Below are positions 19,176 through 28,030 of a stretch of DNA of 64,000 nucleotides, in pieces; within the stretch, counting starts at the first letter, position 1, and every line of letters begins with the position of its first letter. Location of the stretch: NCBI GenBank assembly GCA_902624455.1, contig CACNXQ010000003.1, forward strand, positions 39,029-103,028. The letters run 5' to 3'. The notes under the pieces are model-generated. The model saw nothing but the letters and a program-made list of their open reading frames with translations, was not told where the DNA came from and made no database searches. The position numbers and the translations under genes were made by a program. Source of the DNA: an uncultured Pelagibacteraceae bacterium (lineage in GTDB: Bacteria; Pseudomonadota; Alphaproteobacteria; Pelagibacterales; AG-422-B15).

Positions 19176-21281
19176 ATGTTAACACCATTTATCAGACAAG
19201 ATCTTAAACTAAGCAAAGGACCAAAAAAAGAAGATGGTTCTTCAACATGGCTCCTCTACGATGCATTAAGAAACAAATATTTCTCCATCAATAAAAAGGC
19301 TTTTGATTTATTAAGCAACTGGACTGGTGGACAAAAGATGGATGAGTTTATTGTGAAGATGCAATCAATTAATGCATCAATACGTGACGATGAAATAAAA
19401 GACTTTGCTAACTTCTTAAATATTAATAATTTGACTACCAAGAAAACTCAAGACGAAGTCAAATCTCTAGTAGTACAAAAAAATAAATTAAATAAGCATT
19501 GGCTACTTAAACTTGTGCATAATTATCTTTTCTTCAAAATCCCTTTTTTTAGACCAGGCAGTTGGCTAGAAACAACCTTGCCGTATGTATCTGTATTAGG
19601 ATCCAGACTGGTTAGAAACATTATTTACATCTTAGGACTGATTGGTATTTATTTAACAATCTCAAATTATGAAACATTTTTAAATACGTTTTCATATTTC
19701 TTTAATTTAAATGGTTTAATATTTTATATTCTCACCATTATTGTGATTAAAGCATTGCATGAATTAGGGCATGCTTACGTAGCTACATACTATAAATGTA
19801 ACGTATCCTCCATCGGTCTTGCAATGCTGGTATTCTTTCCATTTTTATACACAGATACATCTGATGCTTGGAAACTAACAGATCACCGAAAACGATTACT
19901 GATTAATTTTGCAGGCATGCTGACAGAATTACACATCGCACTGATTGCAACGTTTGCTTGGGCCATCATACCAGAAGGTATTTTAAAAAGCGCAGCTTTC
20001 TTTATAGCAACTTCAAGTTGGATATCCTCTCTCCTTATAAACATAAGTCCGTTCATGAGATTTGATGGCTACTATGTATTATCTGATTATTTAAAAGCCG
20101 ATAACTTACAACCAAGATCCTTTGAATTAGGGCGATGGCAGTTAAGAGAATGGATTTTTGGTTTTAAATTTCAACCCCCTGAGCAGCTGATGAGCAATAG
20201 AAGATGGACGTTTATTATTTATGCATGGTCTACGTGGCTCTATCGGTTCTTTATCTTCATTGGTATTGCATTATTGGTCTATTACTTAACATTTAAAGTG
20301 CTAGGGATAATCTTATTCATTATTGAAATTGTTTGGTTCATCCTTCTTCCAATTTACAGGGAAGTGAAGCGGTGGTGGGGATTGCGTAAATCTATGACAG
20401 TCAATAGAACCTCAATGAGGTCTTTAAGTCTATTTTGTATTTTATTAGTGGCTCTCTTTATACCTTGGAGAACTTCTCTTAGTTTACCAGCAGTTATTGA
20501 GAAAGAAGCTGTGATTGATATTTTTCCACCTGAGGACTCGATGATTAAAAACATTTTTATTGATAATAATCAGATCGTAAAGAAAGGAGATTTATTAATT
20601 AGATTTACTAATCCTTACTTAGCAACTCAAGTTGAACAGGCAATTGATCGTGTAAAACTGATACAAAAGAAACTGGATCGAAGAATAGGATCTGAGTTGG
20701 ATATGAGTAATTTAATGGTTCTAGAAAACCAACTAAAAAAAGAACTGGAAGTACTCAATAATTTAAAAGAACAAAGTAAGGAATTAACAATTTATGCTAA
20801 CCAGGACTCAACTGTTGTAGATTTAAAATATCTTGAGAACAATCAATGGGTCAGTCAGAATGATAAGTTGTTCTCACTAATAGAATCTGGAAATTCTCAA
20901 GTTATTGCATATGTCAATGAGACAGACCTAAATAAAATTAAAAGTAAGAGCACAGGGGTCTTTTTTTCAAAAAATAATGAATATTCAAATATTGAAGTTC
21001 AATTAAGAGATCTTAATGAAACATCTACTGAAGAACTGCCTTACTTATCACTCACATCTTCTTATGGCGGTCCTATTGCAACAAGAGAAGTTGAAGGCAA
21101 AAAAACTTCGCAACGCCCTGAAAAAGCACTTTACCAAGTAAATTTTCAAACTCTCTCACAACACAGCGATCTTCAATGGGAAACGCCTGGAGTCGTTAAA
21201 TTAAAAAGTGAGAATTACAATGTATTTCAAAACCTCTTCAATTTAGTAACATCAACCCTAATTCAAGAAAGTGGTTTTTAA
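19176..21281 (+). CDS. Site-2 protease (peptidase M50) / membrane-fusion-protein chimera with PqqD-like N-terminal domain
   Basis: 701 aa. ATG directly abuts the upstream TAA. N-terminus WLLYDALRNKYFSINKKAFDLLSNWTGGQKMDEF (PqqD-like). HELGH at nt 19758-19772 and NISPFMRFDG at nt 20040-20069 lie within multi-TM segments. C-terminal MIKNIFIDNNQIVKKGDLLIRF plus long coiled-coil and TVVDL (HlyD-like). Confidence 0.8.
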   Translation: MLTPFIRQDLKLSKGPKKEDGSSTWLLYDALRNKYFSINKKAFDLLSNWTGGQKMDEFIVKMQSINASIRDDEIKDFANFLNINNLTTKKTQDEVKSLVVQKNKLNKHWLLKLVHNYLFFKIPFFRPGSWLETTLPYVSVLGSRLVRNIIYILGLIGIYLTISNYETFLNTFSYFFNLNGLIFYILTIIVIKALHELGHAYVATYYKCNVSSIGLAMLVFFPFLYTDTSDAWKLTDHRKRLLINFAGMLTELHIALIATFAWAIIPEGILKSAAFFIATSSWISSLLINISPFMRFDGYYVLSDYLKADNLQPRSFELGRWQLREWIFGFKFQPPEQLMSNRRWTFIIYAWSTWLYRFFIFIGIALLVYYLTFKVLGIILFIIEIVWFILLPIYREVKRWWGLRKSMTVNRTSMRSLSLFCILLVALFIPWRTSLSLPAVIEKEAVIDIFPPEDSMIKNIFIDNNQIVKKGDLLIRFTNPYLATQVEQAIDRVKLIQKKLDRRIGSELDMSNLMVLENQLKKELEVLNNLKEQSKELTIYANQDSTVVDLKYLENNQWVSQNDKLFSLIESGNSQVIAYVNETDLNKIKSKSTGVFFSKNNEYSNIEVQLRDLNETSTEELPYLSLTSSYGGPIATREVEGKKTSQRPEKALYQVNFQTLSQHSDLQWETPGVVKLKSENYNVFQNLFNLVTSTLIQESGF

Positions 21282-21287
21282 AAATAA

Positions 21288-23324
21288 TTAATGCTTAGAA
21301 ACTAGATTTACGAGAAAAGCATTATCCAAAGCACTTTCTTCTAACGCATTTAACCGTCCACTTTTACCAGCATGCCCGCCAACCAGATTCATTTTCATGA
21401 GTATCGGATTATCTGACGTTGAATTTTCTCTTAGTTTTGGAACATATTTTGCAGGTTCATAGTACTGAACTTGTGAGTCATAAAGGCTCGATGTGACAAG
21501 AACTGCTGGATAATTAGACGGTTTGATATTGTCATACGGTGAATAGCTTTTGATGTAGTCATATTCTTCTTTATTGGCTGGATTGCCCCATTCTTTGTAC
21601 TCAAATGTTGTTAAAGGTATCGATTCGTCAGACATGGTGGTTAAAACATCTACAAATGGAACAGCAGAAATAATTCCCGTATACAGTTCTGGTTCCATGT
21701 TGATCACTGCTCCCATTAAAAGACCTCCTGCACTGCCGCCCATTGCGAATACACATTTGCTGTCACCGTATCCCCTCTCAATCAATGATTTGGTGGCATC
21801 AATAAAATCATGAAAGGTATTTTTTTTATTTAAAATTTTACCATCGTCATACCATTGACGTCCCATCTCAGATCCACCTCTAATGTTTGCAACAGCAAAA
21901 ATAAAACCTCTGTTCAATAAAGGAAGAATTGAAGTTCTAAATGCAGCATCTATGATAATGCCATAAGATCCATAACCATAAACAAGAATAGGAGCATTTT
22001 TTAAATCGACACCTTTCTTATAAACTAAAGATACAGGTACTTTTGTATCATCCCGAGCATGAATTTTCAGTCTTTCCACATCGTATAAGCTTTCGTCATA
22101 ATTACTCACCAATTGTTGCCATGCCAAATCACTTTTACCAGTTTGAATATTCTCTTTGAAAATTGAACTAGGCTTTTTTGGACTTGAATAGCCATAGTAA
22201 AATTCTGTGTCAAGATAATCGTTATTGGTAGCTAGATAACAAGAAAACGCAGGCTCACTAAACTCAATGTATTGTCTATCAAGCGACTTTCTATGTATTT
22301 TTAAAATTTTGGGTAAGCCATCTTCTCTAATCTCTAAATATAAATATTCAGGAAAAGCAATAAAGTCTTCGATTAAAATCTTACTATCGTGTTCAATCAC
22401 CGTTTCCCAGCTATCGTAGTTATTAATTTGGTCGAGATTAAATTTTAGGATTTCAAAGTTTTTTTTGTCATTTTTATTACTGCTTGCATAAAAACATTCA
22501 GGTGTATCTTCGATAGAATAAAGATGTTTTTCCGATCTTTCTAAAACGCAGAAAGGCTTACTATTTTCATCGTCTAAATCAAGCAACCATGTTTCGGATG
22601 CTTCAGTCTTGCTACTATAGATGTTAAGATATTTTTTTGTTCTAGACTCAAAAATATGTAAATGAAATTCTGTGTCCTTTTCTTCGTATATTAGAATGTC
22701 TTCTTTTGTATCAGTGCCTACTTTGTGTTTAAACACTTTATTTTCAATTAAGGTAACAGGATCTTTGAGAGCGTAATAAATCGTGTCATTGTTTTTGTTC
22801 CACACCACACTGCCCGATGATCTTTGAATACTTTCGTCAATTATTTGACCTGTTTCTAAATTCTTTATCTTTATATTGTACTCTCTCCGTCCTGATAAAT
22901 CTTCGGCATAAGCTATATAATGATTATTTGGTGAAGGTGTAATGGAGGCCACATTAAAATAATCTAAATCTTTTGCTAACTCATTTACATCAAGGACTAA
23001 TTCTTTGTTTCTATTTATTTCACGATAATATGTTTTGTATTGTTGATCTGAACTGATCTCTGAAAAATAATAATAATCACCATACTTAACCTTCATTGAA
23101 ACTTCATGTGGTGGAATAAAGCTAACTAATTCATCGTAGATCTCTTTTCTACAATCGTTCTTACTTTCAAACCAAGACTCCAGGTATTTATTTTCAGCTT
23201 CTAAATAGGAGATAACCTCAGGATTTTTGCGAGTATCGTCTCTCAGCCAATAGTAATCATCAATACGTTCATCACCGTGAGCGGTATGGATCTTTGGAAT
23301 TTTTTTTGGCTGAGGAGGTTTCAT
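21288..23324 (-). CDS. ptrB: Oligopeptidase B / prolyl oligopeptidase family S9A serine protease
   Basis: 678 aa. N-terminus HGDERIDDYYWLRD; catalytic-domain GGSAGGLLMG nucleophile elbow; C-terminal GGHAG. Confidence 0.85.
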   Translation of the reverse strand: MKPPQPKKIPKIHTAHGDERIDDYYWLRDDTRKNPEVISYLEAENKYLESWFESKNDCRKEIYDELVSFIPPHEVSMKVKYGDYYYFSEISSDQQYKTYYREINRNKELVLDVNELAKDLDYFNVASITPSPNNHYIAYAEDLSGRREYNIKIKNLETGQIIDESIQRSSGSVVWNKNNDTIYYALKDPVTLIENKVFKHKVGTDTKEDILIYEEKDTEFHLHIFESRTKKYLNIYSSKTEASETWLLDLDDENSKPFCVLERSEKHLYSIEDTPECFYASSNKNDKKNFEILKFNLDQINNYDSWETVIEHDSKILIEDFIAFPEYLYLEIREDGLPKILKIHRKSLDRQYIEFSEPAFSCYLATNNDYLDTEFYYGYSSPKKPSSIFKENIQTGKSDLAWQQLVSNYDESLYDVERLKIHARDDTKVPVSLVYKKGVDLKNAPILVYGYGSYGIIIDAAFRTSILPLLNRGFIFAVANIRGGSEMGRQWYDDGKILNKKNTFHDFIDATKSLIERGYGDSKCVFAMGGSAGGLLMGAVINMEPELYTGIISAVPFVDVLTTMSDESIPLTTFEYKEWGNPANKEEYDYIKSYSPYDNIKPSNYPAVLVTSSLYDSQVQYYEPAKYVPKLRENSTSDNPILMKMNLVGGHAGKSGRLNALEESALDNAFLVNLVSKH

Positions 23325-23365
23325 TTATGTCTAATATATTACTGATATGTGTTTCTTCAATCTAG

Positions 23366-23439
23366 TGGTGCCCCTAGCTGGTTACGCTCCAGCGGCTGAT
23401 CATTACCAATGACCTGCTTTACTATTAAGCGATAGGGGC
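23366..23439 (-). tRNA. Atypical tRNA-like gene; cloverleaf with Thr (GGU) anticodon but non-canonical D- and T-loops
   Basis: Minus-strand 74 nt: GCCCCTA TC GCTT AATAGTA AAGC A GGTCA TTGGTAA TGATC AGCC GCTGG AGCGTAA CCAGC TAGGGGC A CCA. All four stems pair perfectly (one G:U). The T-loop is AGCGTAA instead of TTCRANN, and the 7-nt D-loop has no GG. Confidence 0.5.
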
Positions 23440-23455
23440 GAGATGTCTCTAAGTA

Positions 23456-23857
23456 TCAAGAACACCAGTCTTTTTTATTGCCTCGTTCATATACTACACC
23501 CAGATTATTGCTTCTAATTTTAGCTGATGCATCATCACCATCAATAATTAAATATCCTAACGTTCTTCCAAAATAATCTTTTTCATAATCAGTTTTAATT
23601 TCAACTGATGAGGCATTAGCGATAAGATTGTTAAGATAATCTCTAGCCTCTAAGCCAAGCTCAAGCTCTGCTTCACATTTGGGTTTAGATATTTCAGGAG
23701 TATCAAGCTCTAATAATCTAATCTTGGCTTTAGTGCCATCAATCATGACATAGCATGTGTCACCATCATAGCAGTATTGCCCGTTGTATTGACGCAATGC
23801 TATTTCAGCTTCGGCTAAAGTCACCATGCTAAAAAATAGTAAGATTAGATGTTTCAT
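23456..23857 (-). CDS. Secreted thermonuclease (staphylococcal nuclease, SNase-like) family protein
   Basis: 133 aa. Signal peptide MKHLILLFFSMVTLAEA; SNase-like KIRLLELDTPE ... DYFGRTLGYLIIDG. Confidence 0.7.
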   Translation of the reverse strand: MKHLILLFFSMVTLAEAEIALRQYNGQYCYDGDTCYVMIDGTKAKIRLLELDTPEISKPKCEAELELGLEARDYLNNLIANASSVEIKTDYEKDYFGRTLGYLIIDGDDASAKIRSNNLGVVYERGNKKDWCS

Positions 23858-23932
23858 TTTAATAAACTATAAATCTTGTTTTTATATGACAAACCCATTA
23901 GAAGACAATCAATATTATTTTATCACTCATCA

Positions 23933-25756
23933 ATGACATCAAAACTAAGGAACATTGCAATTATTGCCCACGTGGATCACGGCAAAACCACCTTGATTGA
24001 CTCTTTAATGAAACAAACAGGTATGTTTCGAGAAAATCAAAATGTAGACGAACGACTTATGGACTCTGGTGATCTTGAAAAGGAAAGAGGTATTACTATT
24101 TTAGCAAAACCAACCTCAATTGTTTGGAAAGATGTTCGAATAAATATTATTGATACCCCTGGACATGCTGATTTTGGTGGCGAAGTTGAGAGAGTTCTTG
24201 GTATGGCCGATGGTGTGATCATACTAGCGGATGCTGCTGAAGGTCCGATGCCGCAAACAAAGTTTGTACTAGGAAAAGCTCTTGCCCAAGATCTAAAACC
24301 CATTGTAGTTATTAATAAAGTTGATCGCCATGATGCTCGCTCAGAAGAAGTGGTTAATGAGGTATTCGATCTTTTCGTAGCATTGGATGCAAGTGAAGAG
24401 CAATTAGATTTCCCAATATTGTATGCAGCAGGCAGAGAAGGTTGGTGTGTCAAAGATTTAAACGATTCACGAGAAAATTTGCATCCTTTACTTGATTTAA
24501 TCTTGGCCCATGTTCAAGAACCTAATGTTGATTTAAATAAGCCGTTTGCCATGCTTGCTACACTTCTTGACTCAGATCCGTATCTTGGAAGATGTTTAAT
24601 TGGACGAGTGATCAATGGATCTGCAAAGGTAAACGATCAGGTCAAGTCTATTAATCTAAGGGGTGAGCAAATTGAAAATGGAAGATTAACTAAGTTATTT
24701 ACTTTTAGGGGTACGGATAGGGTTCCTGTGGAGCAGGTCACAGCAGGAGATATTATTTGTATCGCCGGTTTAGCAGTGACTTCTGTGGCAGATACCGTAT
24801 GTGACCCAACAGTTACTGATCCTCTCAATTCCACTCCGATCGATCCACCGACAATGTCAGTTACTATAACAGTAAATGACTCACCCTTTGCGGGCATAGA
24901 TGGGAAAAAAGTAACTTCTACATTAATTCGTGAGAGGCTTTTGCAAGAAGCGGAAACCAATGTTGCGATTACATTTGAAGAAAATGATCAAAAGGATGCT
25001 TTTGAAATTGGTGGAAGAGGAGAATTACAGATTGGAGTTTTAATAGAACAAATGAGACGTGAAGGATTTGAATTATCAGTATCCCGACCGAAAGTATTAT
25101 TTAAAGTAGATGAGAATGGAGCCAAAACTGAACCCATAGAAGAAGTTATAATTGATGTCGACGATGAATTCACAAGCACAGTAGTCGATGGCATGAACCA
25201 AAGAAAAGCAGATATGCAAGATATGCGAGCTTCAGGAGCCGGCAAAACTAGACTTACATTTTTAGCACCGTCTCGTGGTTTAATTGGATATCAAAATAAA
25301 TTTCTAACAGATACAAAAGGTACAGGAGTTCTAAATAGACTGTTCAACAAATATGACGCTTATAAAGGCAACATCATTGGTCGTAAGTACGGTGCACTGA
25401 TTTCAACTGATACAGGATCTGCTGCAGCATACGCAATTTTTAATTTACAGGACCGTGGTGTGATGTTCATAGGCCATCAAACAAAAGTATATACCGGCAT
25501 GGTAGTAGGGGAGCATAGTCGAGATAATGATCTTGAAATAAATGTTATTAAAGGAAAACAACTTACCAATGTAAGAGCTTCTGGAACAGATGAGGCCGTT
25601 AGATTGACGCCACCTAGAAATATGTCATTAGAGGAAATGATGGCCTATATTAATGAGGATGAGCTCTTAGAAGTGACACCAAATAATTTAAGACTTAGAA
25701 AACGATATCTCTCTGCTGTAGAGCGTAAACGTGATAAAAAATCAAAATCTTTATAA
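23933..25756 (+). CDS. typA: Translational GTPase TypA/BipA
   Basis: LRNIAIIAHVDHGKTTL, DTPGHADFGGEVER, NKVDR. Full-length BipA-like C-terminus. Start moved from the track TTG (23876) to ATG 23933 (MTSKLRNIAII). Confidence 0.95.
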   Translation: MTSKLRNIAIIAHVDHGKTTLIDSLMKQTGMFRENQNVDERLMDSGDLEKERGITILAKPTSIVWKDVRINIIDTPGHADFGGEVERVLGMADGVIILADAAEGPMPQTKFVLGKALAQDLKPIVVINKVDRHDARSEEVVNEVFDLFVALDASEEQLDFPILYAAGREGWCVKDLNDSRENLHPLLDLILAHVQEPNVDLNKPFAMLATLLDSDPYLGRCLIGRVINGSAKVNDQVKSINLRGEQIENGRLTKLFTFRGTDRVPVEQVTAGDIICIAGLAVTSVADTVCDPTVTDPLNSTPIDPPTMSVTITVNDSPFAGIDGKKVTSTLIRERLLQEAETNVAITFEENDQKDAFEIGGRGELQIGVLIEQMRREGFELSVSRPKVLFKVDENGAKTEPIEEVIIDVDDEFTSTVVDGMNQRKADMQDMRASGAGKTRLTFLAPSRGLIGYQNKFLTDTKGTGVLNRLFNKYDAYKGNIIGRKYGALISTDTGSAAAYAIFNLQDRGVMFIGHQTKVYTGMVVGEHSRDNDLEINVIKGKQLTNVRASGTDEAVRLTPPRNMSLEEMMAYINEDELLEVTPNNLRLRKRYLSAVERKRDKKSKSL

Positions 25757-25759
25757 AAA

Positions 25760-26326
25760 TTAATTTATAAATTCTACTTCTTTCACATGTAGTTCAGCCT
25801 GGTGATCTCTTCCAAAAGCGACTAATCCGATAGAAGTGATATTTTTTGGATTGACTTTACCTGTCATCAAAAGACCAGATTTTTTAAACTCATTAATAGG
25901 TAAAATAAATTCATCAAAGGTCTCAGTAACTTTAAATTCTGCTGAATAATATTGCCAAGGAAGAACCGTTCCAGTTGTCCTGAGAAAGACAAAATATTCT
26001 TGATCATTGCCTTTTGCGATGATTTTTACTGATTTTGCATCCTTAAGATCAATATCTCTAAGCGCTCTTCTGATTTGAATAAAACCACCGTTGTTCTCAG
26101 TAGAAACATTACCTTGCAGTAAAGCAATATTGCCACCTTCAATACTTTGAAACTTCACATTTCCCTTTGAAACGCCTCCCATGACATCATCAGCAATGTA
26201 CTCCCACAAATTAAGTTTTTCAAAATTGTCCTTTAACACAGTATCTGACCAGCTTTTATTTGAAATGCTCAGAAATATAACAACAAAACATCCAATAATA
26301 AAAGTATTTACTTTTGTTGTTCTCAT
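25760..26326 (-). CDS. CIA30 (complex I intermediate-associated protein 30-like) domain protein, secreted
   Basis: WEYIADDVMGGVSKG motif typical of the CIA30 domain. Start set at ATG 26326 (MRTTKVNTFIIGCFVVIFL, signal-like) to avoid overlap with the upstream permease. Confidence 0.6.
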   Translation of the reverse strand: MRTTKVNTFIIGCFVVIFLSISNKSWSDTVLKDNFEKLNLWEYIADDVMGGVSKGNVKFQSIEGGNIALLQGNVSTENNGGFIQIRRALRDIDLKDAKSVKIIAKGNDQEYFVFLRTTGTVLPWQYYSAEFKVTETFDEFILPINEFKKSGLLMTGKVNPKNITSIGLVAFGRDHQAELHVKEVEFIN

Positions 26327-26330
26327 TATT

Positions 26331-27092
26331 TTAGCTTTTGATGTTGTAACCTTTTGTAATGACAATCGCTACTCCAAAAATACAAATCACTAAAAAGCTT
26401 ACTAATGAAATCACACTTATCCAAATGTTAATGTCTGAAACACCATAGAATGAATACCGCATCCCGTTAATTAAATATACAACTGGATTAAAGTAACTGA
26501 CTTTTTGCCAAAAATCAGGAAGCATTTCAATTGTATACAAGCTACCTCCAAGAAATACTAAAGGAGTAATAATGATGAGAGGAACAACCTGAAGTTGTTC
26601 AAAATTATTGCTTAAAAGACCTATCAGAAATCCAAATAAACTAAAGGTGAGACATGTTAGAACAAGTAAAAATATCATTAGCAATGGATATTGAATACTC
26701 AGCTCAACAAAAAAACTTGCCGTTACAAGAATGATTACGCCAACTATTAGAGATTTTGTTGCACTTGCACCGACGAAACCAACAATTATCTCAAAAGATG
26801 AAATAGGAGCGGCAAGTACCTCATAAATTGATCCAGAATATTTTGGGAAAAATATACCAAATGCCGAGTTTGAAACACTTTGAGTTAAAAGAGTTAACAT
26901 TAAAAGACCAGGAACGATGAATGAGCCATAACTTACACCGTCAACTTGCGGGATCATGGCCCCAATAACGGAACCAAATACAATAAAATATAAAGAGGTA
27001 GAAATCACCGGTGACATAATGCTTTGAAAAATGGTCCTCCACATCCTGTGCATCTCATGTAAATAAATTGCTCTTACTGCGTAATAGTTCAT
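26331..27092 (-). CDS. ABC-2 type exporter permease (YadH-like)
   Basis: 253 aa, six hydrophobic segments. 4-nt overlap with the upstream ATPase gene. Confidence 0.8.
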   Translation of the reverse strand: MNYYAVRAIYLHEMHRMWRTIFQSIMSPVISTSLYFIVFGSVIGAMIPQVDGVSYGSFIVPGLLMLTLLTQSVSNSAFGIFFPKYSGSIYEVLAAPISSFEIIVGFVGASATKSLIVGVIILVTASFFVELSIQYPLLMIFLLVLTCLTFSLFGFLIGLLSNNFEQLQVVPLIIITPLVFLGGSLYTIEMLPDFWQKVSYFNPVVYLINGMRYSFYGVSDINIWISVISLVSFLVICIFGVAIVITKGYNIKS

Positions 27093-28024
27093 GAATTATC
27101 CTTAGATACTAATTCAACAAAAATGTTTTCAAGTGAACTCTGTTCAGTTTTGAGATCTTTTAATTTTAGTCCAGCTTCTCTAATACTTTGAAGCAGTGAA
27201 GTAATCCCAGTGTGTTTGCTTTTTCTATCATATGAATAATTAAGTGATTTCCCATTATTTATAATTTTAAGATCAAGGTTTGATAAGTTTGTAGGCAATT
27301 CAGTTATTGGATCATGCAATTCTATCGTTAAGGTTTTTTTACCCATAGAATTAATTAAGCTTTCTTTTTCATCAACTACTATCATTTCACCATTGTTGAT
27401 TACTCCAACTCGATCAGCAATTGCCTCTGCCTCCTCGATGTAGTGGGTTGTAAGAATAATTGTAACACCTGTATCTCTGAGATTTTCAATCACTTGCCAC
27501 ATCTCTTTTCTCAGTTCAACATCTACTCCTGCACTTGGTTCGTCCAAAAATAAAATGGATGGCTCATGAGATAGAGCTTTCGCAATTAGGACTCTTCTTT
27601 TCATCCCACCTGAGAGATCATTGATTTTTGAATCTTTTTTATCCCACAGACTCAGTTCTTTCAGTGTCTTTTCAATATGTTTTGGATTAGGAGCTTTCCC
27701 GTAAAGACCTCTAGTATATGACACATTATTAAAAACGTTTTCAAATGTTTCAAGTGATAGCTCTTGAGGAACAAGACCTATTTTGGACCTGGCTTCTCTG
27801 TAATTTTTTATAATGTCATAACCCTCTACATGAACATTGCCTTCAGATAAATTTACTAAACCACAAATAATACTAATTAGAGTTGTTTTTCCTGCACCGT
27901 TTGGACCAAGAAGCGCAAATATTTCATCCTTGTGAATGTCTAGATCAACATTCTTAAGTGCTCGAAAATCATTCTTATAGACTTTTGATAAATTATTTAT
28001 TGAAACAACACTTCTCATTTTCAT
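27089..28024 (-). CDS. ABC-2 type exporter ATP-binding protein (YadG-like)
   Basis: Walker A GPNGAGKTT, signature LSGGMKRR, Walker B ILFLDEPSAGVD, plus a C-terminal extension typical of YadG-like proteins. Confidence 0.9.
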   Translation of the reverse strand: MKMRSVVSINNLSKVYKNDFRALKNVDLDIHKDEIFALLGPNGAGKTTLISIICGLVNLSEGNVHVEGYDIIKNYREARSKIGLVPQELSLETFENVFNNVSYTRGLYGKAPNPKHIEKTLKELSLWDKKDSKINDLSGGMKRRVLIAKALSHEPSILFLDEPSAGVDVELRKEMWQVIENLRDTGVTIILTTHYIEEAEAIADRVGVINNGEMIVVDEKESLINSMGKKTLTIELHDPITELPTNLSNLDLKIINNGKSLNYSYDRKSKHTGITSLLQSIREAGLKLKDLKTEQSSLENIFVELVSKDNS

Positions 28025-28030
28025 AAACTA

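Noticed and set aside
23876-23932. TTG-initiated 19-codon extension of typA
   Set aside because: The conserved BipA N-terminus (RNIAIIAHVDHGKTT) starts just after ATG 23933. The extension has no counterpart in the family as I know it.
24037-25245. Three minus-strand ORFs (85-138 aa) inside typA
   Set aside because: They are antisense to a highly conserved GTPase gene and have no motifs.
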